From a virus (Duplodnaviria > Caudoviricetes): a DNA stretch of 49,774 bases. A program made the position numbers and the translations under genes. The stretch covers positions 1-49,774 of IMG/VR virus record IMGVR_UViG_3300022741_000072; one strand, written 5' to 3'. This document shows, one piece after another, positions 8,440 to 16,505 of this stretch; within the stretch, counting starts at the first letter, position 1; the number at the start of each line of letters is the position of its first letter. The notes beneath the pieces are model-generated. The model did not search any database. It was not told where the DNA came from and was given only the letters and a program-made list of their open reading frames with translations.

Positions 8440-8464
8440 AAAAAAGCCCCGGTGTGAGCGGGGC
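8440..8464 (-). terminator. Rho-independent terminator between target 2 and target 1
   Basis: Minus strand GCCCCG-CTCACAC-CGGGGC-TTTTTT. Confidence 0.7.
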
Positions 8465-8544
8465 AATACCGTGATGACAAGCGATGCAGAGCATCCCAAT
8501 GCCGCCTCTGCGAAGCGGCATCAGCGATGCAATGAAGGAGTGGA

Positions 8545-9141
8545 TTAGCGAATGATGGGAATCCTGCGGACGAGTGGGGCGAAGCGCTCGTTGAGCTTGC
8601 CGTCGCCGCTCTGCCAGCCATCCTCGAAGCCCATGCTGTAGGCGTTGTGGGCGGAATACTGCGTGCTCGTCCAATAGCGGACGTCCTCGCGCACCGTCAC
8701 CAGGCCGGCATCCTTGGCGCACTTGAGCAGGTGACACTCAGCCACCGATGGGATGTAGGCGCCGGCCTCGATGGCCTTTTTCGCCAGCTTGCTGCCGGCT
8801 TCAGCCATGGCCTGGGTGTTCGCCAGGCCATCACCGTGAGTCGTTGTCACGTCCTGCTCACGCTTACCCCAGGCGCCCTCGATGTCCGCCTCGGCGCCAA
8901 GGTAGGTCAGGGCGAACTCTTTGCCGCCGATCCAATGGCGGGCGAAGACCACATGCCCGTCGACGCGGTCGCCGATTTCGAGCGTGGTTTCGGCTGCGAT
9001 GGTTTCGACTACTCCGGCGAACTGGATCGGCTGTGCCTTCGCGATTTCAGGGCACAGCGACTGCAGCACTTGCAGGGCAAGCGAGGGGCTGGTGGTATGA
9101 AGCGACGATTCGCCGACGCTGAGCGAGATTTCCTGGGTCAT
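8545..9141 (-). CDS. DGR target protein 2 (CLec-fold / DUF1566-like paralog, 198 aa)
   Basis: DGLANTQAMAEAGS...IPSVAE...YWTSTQYSA...ERFAPLVRR; clear paralog of target 1. Confidence 0.88.
   Translation of the reverse strand: MTQEISLSVGESSLHTTSPSLALQVLQSLCPEIAKAQPIQFAGVVETIAAETTLEIGDRVDGHVVFARHWIGGKEFALTYLGAEADIEGAWGKREQDVTTTHGDGLANTQAMAEAGSKLAKKAIEAGAYIPSVAECHLLKCAKDAGLVTVREDVRYWTSTQYSAHNAYSMGFEDGWQSGDGKLNERFAPLVRRIPIIR
8563..8663 (-). repeat. Variable repeat VR2
   Basis: Encodes QYSAHNAYSMGFEDGWQSGDGKLNERFAPLVRR; ungapped match to TR. Confidence 0.92.
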
Positions 9142-9167
9142 GGTGGGTGCTCCGGGTGGTGGACTGG

Positions 9168-9539
9168 TTACGCCGTCAGCTCGACTTCATCGACCTTGCG
9201 AACGACGCGGGACTGGCTGTAGCTGCGCGGCACGTTGGGGCGCCGCAGGACTGGGGATTGGTGGCCGTGGCCAACGCCGAGCATCAGCACCAGGGCGAGC
9301 GGGGCGAGGATGCCGCGCTTCATGGCCTCGACGACCAGGGCGCGAACGCTGCGCTGCATGCCGAGCTTGAAGCGAGCGTCATCCAGGCGCTGCTGCACGC
9401 TGCGTGGGCTGATGCCCAGCTCACGAGCGGCTTCCTTTGTGGTGCGGTCATTGGCTGACAGGGCGAGTACTTCCGCCTGCTTTGGGGTGATGCCCTGCAG
9501 GCTCACCCGCCAGCCGGCGAACTCGATGGTTGGGTGCAT
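9168..9539 (-). CDS. LuxR-type HTH phage protein
   Basis: ITPKQAEVLALSANDRTTKEAARELGISPRSVQQRLDDARFKLG. Confidence 0.85.
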   Translation of the reverse strand: MHPTIEFAGWRVSLQGITPKQAEVLALSANDRTTKEAARELGISPRSVQQRLDDARFKLGMQRSVRALVVEAMKRGILAPLALVLMLGVGHGHQSPVLRRPNVPRSYSQSRVVRKVDEVELTA

Positions 9540-9563
9540 GGTTGGTCTTCCTTGGTGGTCGAG

Positions 9564-10442
9564 TTAAAACGCTTCGCACGACTCAGAGCACCCATCATGC
9601 TCGGCAAAGCGTGGCGCCCGCCTCTCGTCAGGGAGCGCCACTTGCGCTAGAGCAATCAGGTCTTTGGTGCTTCTGTTCTCGCGAAAGAACACCCTGGCCT
9701 CTCCTGTCTGTCCGGCTCCGTGATGGCCGTAAAGACGCTCCATCTCTGCGGGGAATTCGTACCATTCAGGGTGATCGCTGAGATTCAACAGGTGCTTGTT
9801 CAGAGACTTCTTCCAACACCAGACGCAGTTCCCGTATCTCTCTGGAAACTCAATCTGGCCGGATCCGTCCAGGGGCCTGTCGAGGTCGAAAGGCTGGTCT
9901 TCCCACCAGGCAATAACGTCCTGTTTATCGCTTTCCCAGGTGGAGGCAAGTGGATAGATCCGGCCAGGTGTGCGCCGCAAGCGCTTCGGCTCGTCTGCAC
10001 GGATGCCGAGCGCTAGGGAATAGTTGACTCCCAGCTTGCTCTCTCCACCCCAGCCCAAAATGTCTCGGATATAGGCAAATGACGGGCGAGTCTTCAGGTC
10101 ACGCGTACAGAACGGGAAGGCCTTGTTTGGCAGGCCAAGCTTTTCGATGATCTGGCGGAACGGGGTTCCGTCCCTGCTTGCCGTTTCGAAGGAAACGATC
10201 TTCGCTTTCACTCCTTGACCGTGCCTGGCATTGACTTGCGCCTCAATCCATACAATCTCGATTCCCCAGGCCTCCTCGCAGTCGCGGACGAAGGCCAGAG
10301 TCCGAGGGTGCTCCCAGCCCGTATTGCAGAAAATAAAAACAATCTCGTACTGATCGCTCCAGTACAGCTGAATCATGCGAGCCATATACATTGATGATCG
10401 GCCACCGCTGACGCTGACGATAAGTTTCGGCTTCGTTTTCAT
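9564..10442 (-). CDS. PAPS-reductase-like adenine-nucleotide alpha-hydrolase family protein (start 10442 or 10460)
   Basis: PP-loop SVSGGRSS, FCNTGWEH, CTRDLK, GIRADE, GNCVWCWKK, C-terminal CSESCE. Confidence 0.8.
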   Translation of the reverse strand: MKTKPKLIVSVSGGRSSMYMARMIQLYWSDQYEIVFIFCNTGWEHPRTLAFVRDCEEAWGIEIVWIEAQVNARHGQGVKAKIVSFETASRDGTPFRQIIEKLGLPNKAFPFCTRDLKTRPSFAYIRDILGWGGESKLGVNYSLALGIRADEPKRLRRTPGRIYPLASTWESDKQDVIAWWEDQPFDLDRPLDGSGQIEFPERYGNCVWCWKKSLNKHLLNLSDHPEWYEFPAEMERLYGHHGAGQTGEARVFFRENRSTKDLIALAQVALPDERRAPRFAEHDGCSESCEAF

Positions 10443-10697
10443 GCGTTCCTCCGGATTCATCCCGCTGCACCCGGTAGCCCAGGTGCAGCAGTGATTCGTC
10501 GGTCTTGCTCGCTACACCTCTCGGGTCATTCGCGCGGTTCGGTCAGCACCTCGTCAGGCTCGGCCCCTCTGCGGCCTACCCCTGAACGCCGGTCGCCGTT
10601 CGGCGTAGCGGTTGTTACTCACATGACTTTCTGTCGCCCCACATGTGATGGCCGGGGCTGCCTCGCCGGTTGCCCGGCTAGCTGTTCATGGCGCTGG

Positions 10698-10710
10698 TTG
10701 TTAAAGAGCG
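10698..10710 (-). promoter_or_regulatory. boxA antitermination (nut-like) element of the leftward operon
   Basis: CGCTCTTTAACAA, a consensus boxA ~40 nt downstream of pL. Confidence 0.8.
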
Positions 10711-10753
10711 GTGGCCTTGCGGCCTGGCCGTCGTTTCCGGCGGCGTTGGAGTG

Positions 10754-10796
10754 AATATATCCACGAGATATATATCCGTCAAATCCAATGGATATA
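10754..10796 (-). promoter_or_regulatory. pL promoter with two repressor operators (OL)
   Basis: TTGACG-17nt-TATATT on the minus strand; 17-bp palindromes TATATCCacgAGATATA (10756) and CAAATCCaatGGATATA (10780). Confidence 0.8.
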
Positions 10797-10854
10797 TTTC
10801 GTTTTGCGCGCAAACAATCAGCGTTCTGCTTGAGGGGGATTCAGGGTAGTATTA

Positions 10855-10870
10855 CTGTATATGCATACAG
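10855..10870 (+). promoter_or_regulatory. LexA (SOS) box
   Basis: CTGTATATGCATACAG = CTG-N10-CAG, upstream of the DUF1654-umuDC operon. Confidence 0.9.
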
Positions 10871-10891
10871 CAAAAGGAGAGGCGCGCTACC

Positions 10892-11191
10892 ATGACGAAA
10901 ACCGCAAAGCAGCCCGAGCCACTGAACGCCATTGACCGCCTGGGGCTGCGCGTTACCACGATGATTCAGCACCCCATCGCACAGCTAAATGGCGGCGTGG
11001 TGGTGCATCGGCTCGATACCGACCCGGACTACGCCTGGCAGGCGATCCTTGAATTGATCAAGGAAACGGACGGCATCGAGATGGAGGAAGGGGAGGGATT
11101 GATCACATTGAAATGGGATCTGCCGAGCGATGACGACACGCGCCTCGAGGCCGGCGAGATCGAGGCTTTGGAAGATGCTGCACCGTTCTGA
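10892..11191 (+). CDS. DUF1654-family protein
   Basis: DRLGLRV..MI.HP.AQ...HRLDTD...W pattern; first gene behind the SOS box. Confidence 0.7.
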   Translation: MTKTAKQPEPLNAIDRLGLRVTTMIQHPIAQLNGGVVVHRLDTDPDYAWQAILELIKETDGIEMEEGEGLITLKWDLPSDDDTRLEAGEIEALEDAAPF

Positions 11192-11636
11192 ACTGCCGCA
11201 CGGCGAAACCGTTGTCGTGCTCGGCGCCTTGCGCGCCGATGGCCAGGCTATACCGCTTTGCTCCAGCCTGGTGCCGGCCGGCTTTCCGTCGCCAGCACAG
11301 GATCACCTAGAACAACAGATATCCCTGGACGAGCTACTGAACATCCGCGCACCACAGACGTACCTGGCCCAGGCCTGCGGCGACAGCATGACGGGGATTG
11401 GCCTGTACGACCGCGACCTGATGGTGGTGGACAGGTCGTTGGATGCAGTGAGCCGAGACATCGTCATCGCCCTGGTCAACGGTGACGTATGCGTGAAGCG
11501 CTACTGCCGGGAAAACGGGAGCGTGATTCTGCGCCCGGAAAACGCCGCATTCCCGCCGCGCTACATCATGGAGGGTGACGAGCTGCAGGTATGGGGCGTG
11601 GTTACCGGCTGGATCCGGCGGACGCGCCATGCATGA
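11175..11636 (+). CDS. umuD: Pol V accessory subunit UmuD/RulA (S24 peptidase)
   Basis: [12 protein letters not shown] cleavage site, GDSM (Ser), VKR (Lys), WGVVT. Confidence 0.92.
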   Translation: MLHRSELPHGETVVVLGALRADGQAIPLCSSLVPAGFPSPAQDHLEQQISLDELLNIRAPQTYLAQACGDSMTGIGLYDRDLMVVDRSLDAVSRDIVIALVNGDVCVKRYCRENGSVILRPENAAFPPRYIMEGDELQVWGVVTGWIRRTRHA

Positions 11637-12903
11637 GCGCGCCTTCGCACTGATCGACTGCAATTCGTTCTATGCCAGTTGCGAGCGGGTATTCCGGCCT
11701 GACCTCGCGCGCACACCGATAGTGGTACTGAGCAATAACGATGGGTGCGTTATCGCCCGGAGCCGTGACGCCAAGCCGTTCGTGAAGATGGGCGAGCCTT
11801 ACTTCCAGATCAAGGCCACGCTGAAGCGCCACGGCATCCTCGCTTTCAGTTCGAACTATGCCCTGTATGGCGACATGAGCGAGCGCGTGATGGCGGTTAT
11901 CGAGGGGCTGGTGCCAGCAGTCGAGGTTTACTCAATCGACGAAGCGTTTGCCGACCTGACCGGCGTACCTGGCTCACTCGAACAGATTGGCCGGCACATC
12001 CGCGCGCAGGTGCTGAAGGTAACAGGCATCCCGACCGGGGTTGGCATTGCCACTACCAAGACCCTGGCCAAGCTGGCCAACCATTCCGCAAAAAGGTGGC
12101 AGCAGCAGACCGGCGGTGTCGTTGACCTCTGCGACCCAGACCGGCGCGACAAGGTGCTGCGGGTAACCCCGGTCGAGGATGTGTGGGGCATCGGCCGCCG
12201 GCTGACGGCGCACCTGCATGACATGCACATCAAGACCGCCCTCGACCTGGCCCAGGCGGATGCCTGGATGCTGCGTAAGCGCTTCAGTGTGGTGGTTGAA
12301 AAGACGGCCAGGGAGCTGCGCGGCGTCAGCTGTCTGGAGATGGAGGAGGCCGCACCACCGAAGCAGGAGATTTGTTGTTCACGCATGTTCGGCCACCGCC
12401 TGAAGGAGCTGCCGCCTATCCGCGAGGCGGTGGCAACGTATGCCGCCAGAGCCTGCGAGAAGCTGCGTGCACAGCAGTCGGTGTGCCGACGAGTGCGGGT
12501 GAGCATTCGCACCGGCATGCACAACCCTGACGAGCCTCGCTTTGCCCGCGGCGCCTTAGTTGAGCTGCCATTCCCCACTGACGACACGCGCGCGATTACC
12601 CAGGCCGCCGTCAGCGCCCTTGAGCAGGTGTATCGGGATGGCTACGCCTTCGCCAAGGCGGAAGTGTTGCTGATGGAGTTGTGCCAGCGCCAGGACGTGA
12701 CGGGTGACCTGTTCGCCCCGGCGCAGGCGGCAGCCTCACAAGCGGTGATGGCGGTACTGGATTCGGTTAACGCCAGGTGGGGCAGGGGGACGATACGGCC
12801 CGGCGGCGTGCCGGCCGAGCCCGAATGGGGAATGCGCAGGGAGCTGAAGAGCCCGAGTTACACGACGGATTTGGATCAGATTTGGCAGGTGCCGTGCCGG
12901 TAG
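11629..12903 (+). CDS. umuC: Y-family DNA polymerase V subunit UmuC/RulB
   Basis: [36 protein letters not shown]-terminal SPSYTT. Confidence 0.95.
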   Translation: MHERAFALIDCNSFYASCERVFRPDLARTPIVVLSNNDGCVIARSRDAKPFVKMGEPYFQIKATLKRHGILAFSSNYALYGDMSERVMAVIEGLVPAVEVYSIDEAFADLTGVPGSLEQIGRHIRAQVLKVTGIPTGVGIATTKTLAKLANHSAKRWQQQTGGVVDLCDPDRRDKVLRVTPVEDVWGIGRRLTAHLHDMHIKTALDLAQADAWMLRKRFSVVVEKTARELRGVSCLEMEEAAPPKQEICCSRMFGHRLKELPPIREAVATYAARACEKLRAQQSVCRRVRVSIRTGMHNPDEPRFARGALVELPFPTDDTRAITQAAVSALEQVYRDGYAFAKAEVLLMELCQRQDVTGDLFAPAQAAASQAVMAVLDSVNARWGRGTIRPGGVPAEPEWGMRRELKSPSYTTDLDQIWQVPCR

Positions 12904-12913
12904 CTCTTGAGGT

Positions 12914-13852
12914 CTACAGTTTTTGCCCTCTCCAGACATACAGAACGCGCGCATGGATCGTCACGTCGCCCACGGGCACTACGCGATCCTTGTGCTTCTC
13001 GTTGTCGGAAATCATGTCAAAATTGTCGGCGTCTGCTTTCTGCAGACGCTTGATGTAGAGCATGCCGTCCCAGGTCAGCACGTACACACCGTCGCCGTTG
13101 AACTCGGTGACACCGCGGTCAACGATGACCGGATCCTTGTCGTCGATGGTGCCGGCCATGGACTGACCCCAACCGGTAATGATCGACAGGTTCGCGGTGG
13201 AGGTGTACTCCAGACCCAGCTTCTCCAACTGCAGGCCATTGACGACGACGTTGCGCACGAACTCGACATAGTCGCCTGGCACTTGGCCATGGCCCATCGA
13301 GCCGCGCACGTTGTATTGCGGGATCAGTACGTCGCCGTCCTTCATGCGCGCTGCTCGCGAGAAGTCTGCGGTGATCACGTTGCCGGATTTTTCCTCGGCC
13401 AGGCTTTCGGATACAGCATGCAGGAGCCGCTGCTGGGCGCTATCGGTCAAGGTCTTGCCGTGTTTGTTCAGCAGCTCCATGACCTTGTCCGCAGCGGTTG
13501 CCGTATAGGTCGCCGGAGTCTCTGAGGTCAGTCCAGATAACTGAGTTTTTGGGATGACCGAGGAAAGCGGGATCGCCAGTTCCTCGATTTCGTGAACAAG
13601 CCGAGGACTGAACGCTGCGACATTTATCCCGAGGAGCCTGGCCATTTTCGCGGCCAGTTCCTTGCTTATGGCGCGCCGGCCATTCAGGTGAGCATTCAGG
13701 TTCCCTTGGGTCATTCCAAGCTCCTGCGCCAGGCTCTCCTGGGTGAATGCCTTTCCTTTGGGTGCCCGCCGATTGAAAGCGGCGAGTTCGGCCTTGAGTG
13801 CTGCGCACTCTGCCTTCTCCCAGTCCTCTAGTTCGCGTCTGTCTTTGCTCAT
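12914..13852 (-). CDS. cI: CI-like repressor (HTH + S24 autopeptidase)
   Basis: TQESLAQELGMTQGNLNAHLNG HTH; SMG.G site, GQSM, IKRLQ; divergent from cro; ATG 13852 (MSKDRR). Confidence 0.9.
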   Translation of the reverse strand: MSKDRRELEDWEKAECAALKAELAAFNRRAPKGKAFTQESLAQELGMTQGNLNAHLNGRRAISKELAAKMARLLGINVAAFSPRLVHEIEELAIPLSSVIPKTQLSGLTSETPATYTATAADKVMELLNKHGKTLTDSAQQRLLHAVSESLAEEKSGNVITADFSRAARMKDGDVLIPQYNVRGSMGHGQVPGDYVEFVRNVVVNGLQLEKLGLEYTSTANLSIITGWGQSMAGTIDDKDPVIVDRGVTEFNGDGVYVLTWDGMLYIKRLQKADADNFDMISDNEKHKDRVVPVGDVTIHARVLYVWRGQKL

Positions 13853-13858
13853 CTGTTG

Positions 13859-13928
13859 ATCGTATTCCCATTGGACATAACTCCCAATATCCTTTGGGCT
13901 TGAACTGTATATCCCTTGGATATAGTCT
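13859..13928. promoter_or_regulatory. OR region: three operators, pR and pRM
   Basis: 17-mers at 13863, 13886, 13908 (perfect TATATCCcttGGATATA); pR TTGAAC-17-TAGTCT (+); pRM TTGGGA-17-TACGAT (-). Confidence 0.8.
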
Positions 13929-13958
13929 TGCCCGTAGATAACCGCAGGAGTCCATGAG

Positions 13959-14162
13959 ATGCGACGCATCCCCCTGAATGAATTTGCAAGCGAGAAAGGC
14001 CAAGTCCATGCGGCAGCCCTGCTAGGCATGTCGCAAGGCGCTCTCAGCAAGGCGCTTGGAGTTGGCCGCTCGGTGTTTGTCACCGATCACGGCGACGGAA
14101 CATTCAGCGCCGAGGAGGTCAAGCCATTCCCCTCCCAGGCCCAGCCAAAGCTGGCGTCCTGA
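13959..14162 (+). CDS. cro: Cro-like repressor
   Basis: MRRIPLNEF...GQVHAAALLGMSQGALSKAL...AEEVKPFPS, lambda Cro-like. Confidence 0.9.
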   Translation: MRRIPLNEFASEKGQVHAAALLGMSQGALSKALGVGRSVFVTDHGDGTFSAEEVKPFPSQAQPKLAS

Positions 14163-14487
14163 CGATGACTCACATCCTACCTATCCGAGCCGGCGGTCGT
14201 AATCCGCGTGGTAGCGGTGTGCATCCATCCAGTGGTTCCGCGCATGCGCGGAATTACTCATCCGCGAATTGGTGCCCATTGGCTCCGCACTATCAATCAA
14301 GAGCCAAGGGAAGGGCTCGTAGGCCAGCGCGCTGAATTGCACGCACAAAAAAGCCACCGGGCAGGGTGGCTGATTCGTTAACGCTAGGAGACCTGATTAT
14401 GCACACCCATCGAGCGCGCTGCAAACCCGCTGCGCCACGATTTACGCACGCTGAAAACGTGGCGCGCGAATGCCTGGCGGTGAGGTC

Positions 14488-15270
14488 ATGAGCGTTCAGG
14501 CCATGACCTGGGCGCTGGCTCAGCGCCTGGTCACCGACCCATCAGCACGGCATGTGCTGCTGTGCCTCGCCAACTATGCGGACAAAGACGGCAAGGGCGC
14601 CTTCCCGTCCGCCAACAGCCTTTCCGATGACACCGGCCTGGCGGTGCGCACCGTTCGATACAAGCTGGAGCAGCTGCAGGAGACCGGCGTTATCCGCCTC
14701 GGCAATCAGGCGATTGCTGCTGCCTACATTGATCGCGGCGACCGTCGTCCGGTGGTTTACGACCTGGCGATGGAGCGGGGTGCAGCTGATGCACCCCGCC
14801 CTCCACGACGTGCAACACATGCACCCCGTAACGCTGAACGGGGTGCAAATGAAGACAGCACGGGGTGCAACTCACGACCGAACGGGGTGCAAATGACGAC
14901 CGAACGGGGTGCACCAGTTGCACCCAATCCGTCATTAAACCATCAAGGATCCGTCAATGATCCGAGAGAGGAGCGCGCACCCTTCGCGCTGGATCTCGAA
15001 TGGCAGCCAGATCCGAAGCGGCTCAAGGCGGTGGCGTTTGCTGCTGGGGTGAGTGTCGATGCATGCCATGAGGCGCTGGGGTTGTTCGTGACCCACCGTG
15101 AGGCCGAGGGGCTGGCAAAGACTTCTGCCGAGTGGCATGCCGACTTGGTGAAGTGGGCCAAGCGTGATCAGGCTCATGGCGCCGGCAAGGTGTCCCAGCT
15201 TCGGCCGTCCTCGACCGCGCCGACTGATGACGACTTCGCCGGCACTGGCTGGCTTGGGGGGCGGCAATGA
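14488..15270 (+). CDS. Phage replication initiator (O-like; N-terminal HTH)
   Basis: ARHVLLCLANYAD..G.AFPS...L..DTG..RTV; internal iterons. Confidence 0.85.
   Translation: MSVQAMTWALAQRLVTDPSARHVLLCLANYADKDGKGAFPSANSLSDDTGLAVRTVRYKLEQLQETGVIRLGNQAIAAAYIDRGDRRPVVYDLAMERGAADAPRPPRRATHAPRNAERGANEDSTGCNSRPNGVQMTTERGAPVAPNPSLNHQGSVNDPREERAPFALDLEWQPDPKRLKAVAFAAGVSVDACHEALGLFVTHREAEGLAKTSAEWHADLVKWAKRDQAHGAGKVSQLRPSSTAPTDDDFAGTGWLGGRQ
14776..14925 (+). repeat. Replication origin iterons
   Basis: CGGGGTGCA at 14776, 14839, 14861, 14883 and 14905 (22-bp period), plus inverted TGCACCC copies. Confidence 0.85.
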
Positions 15271-16076
15271 GTCGACAGGACAGCAAGCCGACCCACAAGC
15301 CTGTCGCGCGATCCGTTGGCGCCGTTGCTGGTGCGGTAATGGGGGGCGAGCGCGGTCGTAAGTCTCTGGCGCCGCGCAAGGCTGCCGAGGTGATTGCCGC
15401 CCTGAGCGAGGATCAGCGCGCCGCCGTCGAGGGGGTTATCAATCGGCTGTTTCGTGAGATTCGCGATGTTCGCCCAGCCTGGCGACAGGCCTGGCCGAGC
15501 AAGCAGGCAATGGAGTCGTCGAAGGTCAAGTGGCTGGCCGCGCTGATCGAGGCCGGCTGCACGGATTGGGAGGCTCAGATCGAGGTTGGCCTGGCCCGCT
15601 TGCGCGCCGAGCCGAGCGATTTCGTGCCGTCGCCAGGGAGCTTCGTTGCGTGGTGTGTGCCGACCCCTGAAGCGCTTGGCGTGCCGCCCGTTGATCGGGC
15701 GTTCGATGAGGCATGCCGCAATGCCCACACAGCGGTGCGCCAGGGTGCGAAATGGAGTCACCCGGTTGTTTATCACGCCGCCATCGACGTCGGGCTGGAT
15801 GTGCTGATGTTCGAGCCGACCGCCCACAGCCGCAAGCTGTTCGACCGGAGTTTCACCGTGATGCTGCGCCGCGCGGCGATGCGTGAGCCGCTGAACGGAG
15901 CGGTGCCGCTGGGCATTGGCCACGACGGCGCCAAGACCCTTGCTCAGCTGGCCGAAGAGCACAGCCTGCAGCAGGCGCTGAAGCTGCGCGAGGCGCAGGG
16001 CATCAAGACCAGTGGCGAGGCGGCACGCGCCGAGTTGCTGCGACATCGCAACCGCTTGGGAGGTGCTCGTGGCTGA
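15267..16076 (+). CDS. Replication protein P-like helicase loader
   Basis: PAWRQAW...KWLAAL...GLARLR...F.PSPG.F..WC...WSHPVVYHAA; follows the initiator. Confidence 0.8.
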   Translation: MSRQDSKPTHKPVARSVGAVAGAVMGGERGRKSLAPRKAAEVIAALSEDQRAAVEGVINRLFREIRDVRPAWRQAWPSKQAMESSKVKWLAALIEAGCTDWEAQIEVGLARLRAEPSDFVPSPGSFVAWCVPTPEALGVPPVDRAFDEACRNAHTAVRQGAKWSHPVVYHAAIDVGLDVLMFEPTAHSRKLFDRSFTVMLRRAAMREPLNGAVPLGIGHDGAKTLAQLAEEHSLQQALKLREAQGIKTSGEAARAELLRHRNRLGGARG

Positions 16077-16266
16077 TCAACTCGACGTGTCTGCATACCG
16101 CTTCGCTCTGTACTCGGGCGCCGAGCGTATTGGCCTGGCTGCTGAGCGTGGCCAGCCGGTAGCGCTGTTCGCTGACGAGGGCGCCGCCCGCGCTCATGGT
16201 CGGCGCCTGTATGGGGAGTTTGCCGAGGTGATCGAGCTCCCAGCTACGGCACAGGTGAAGCTATGA
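16069..16266 (+). CDS. Hypothetical phage protein
   Basis: GTG start after GGAGG; coupled to neighbours. Confidence 0.55.
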   Translation: MADQLDVSAYRFALYSGAERIGLAAERGQPVALFADEGAARAHGRRLYGEFAEVIELPATAQVKL

Positions 16267-16505
16267 CAGCCATCGCCTGGGCGCCGAAGAAAAACCGAGA
16301 CGGCGCCATCGTGCCGAGCTGCTGGATCACCGATGCCGGTTACACGGTCGCGGAATACAACGTCGATGGCGCCAAGAGTTACACCGTGACCGCTCCAGGG
16401 CAGCAGGTGGCCACGGCCTACCGCCGCAGCCGTGAGGGTGTCATCACGGCGATCAATCAGCACATGGCCGGGGAGGCTGTGAGCAAGTTCGAGGAGGTGT
16501 CCTGA
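16263..16505 (+). CDS. Hypothetical phage protein
   Basis: Coupled ORF (ATGA overlap). Confidence 0.6.
   Translation: MTAIAWAPKKNRDGAIVPSCWITDAGYTVAEYNVDGAKSYTVTAPGQQVATAYRRSREGVITAINQHMAGEAVSKFEEVS

Larger units (their letters stand above)
6090..9141 (-). mobile_element. Diversity-generating retroelement (target2/VR2 - target1/VR1 - avd - TR - RT)
   Basis: RT with DGR signature, Avd-like four-helix protein, and three ~100 bp homologous repeats, two at target-gene 3' ends and one between avd and the RT core. Confidence 0.95.

Noticed and set aside
8456-8464. GCCCCGCTC (minus strand) matching the TR/VR 3' end
   Set aside because: Only 9 bp and part of a terminator stem; probably chance.
13853-14083. 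N-terminal extension of cI in the 389-aa ORF call
   Set aside because: It runs through the operators and cro; pRM geometry favours ATG 13852.
14217-14232. Second LexA box GTGTGCATCCATCCAG after cro
   Set aside because: It lacks the invariant 5' CTG; degenerate at best.
14776-14925. Repeats as a CRISPR array
   Set aside because: 9-bp cores with a 22-bp period inside the initiator gene are iterons; no cas genes are present.
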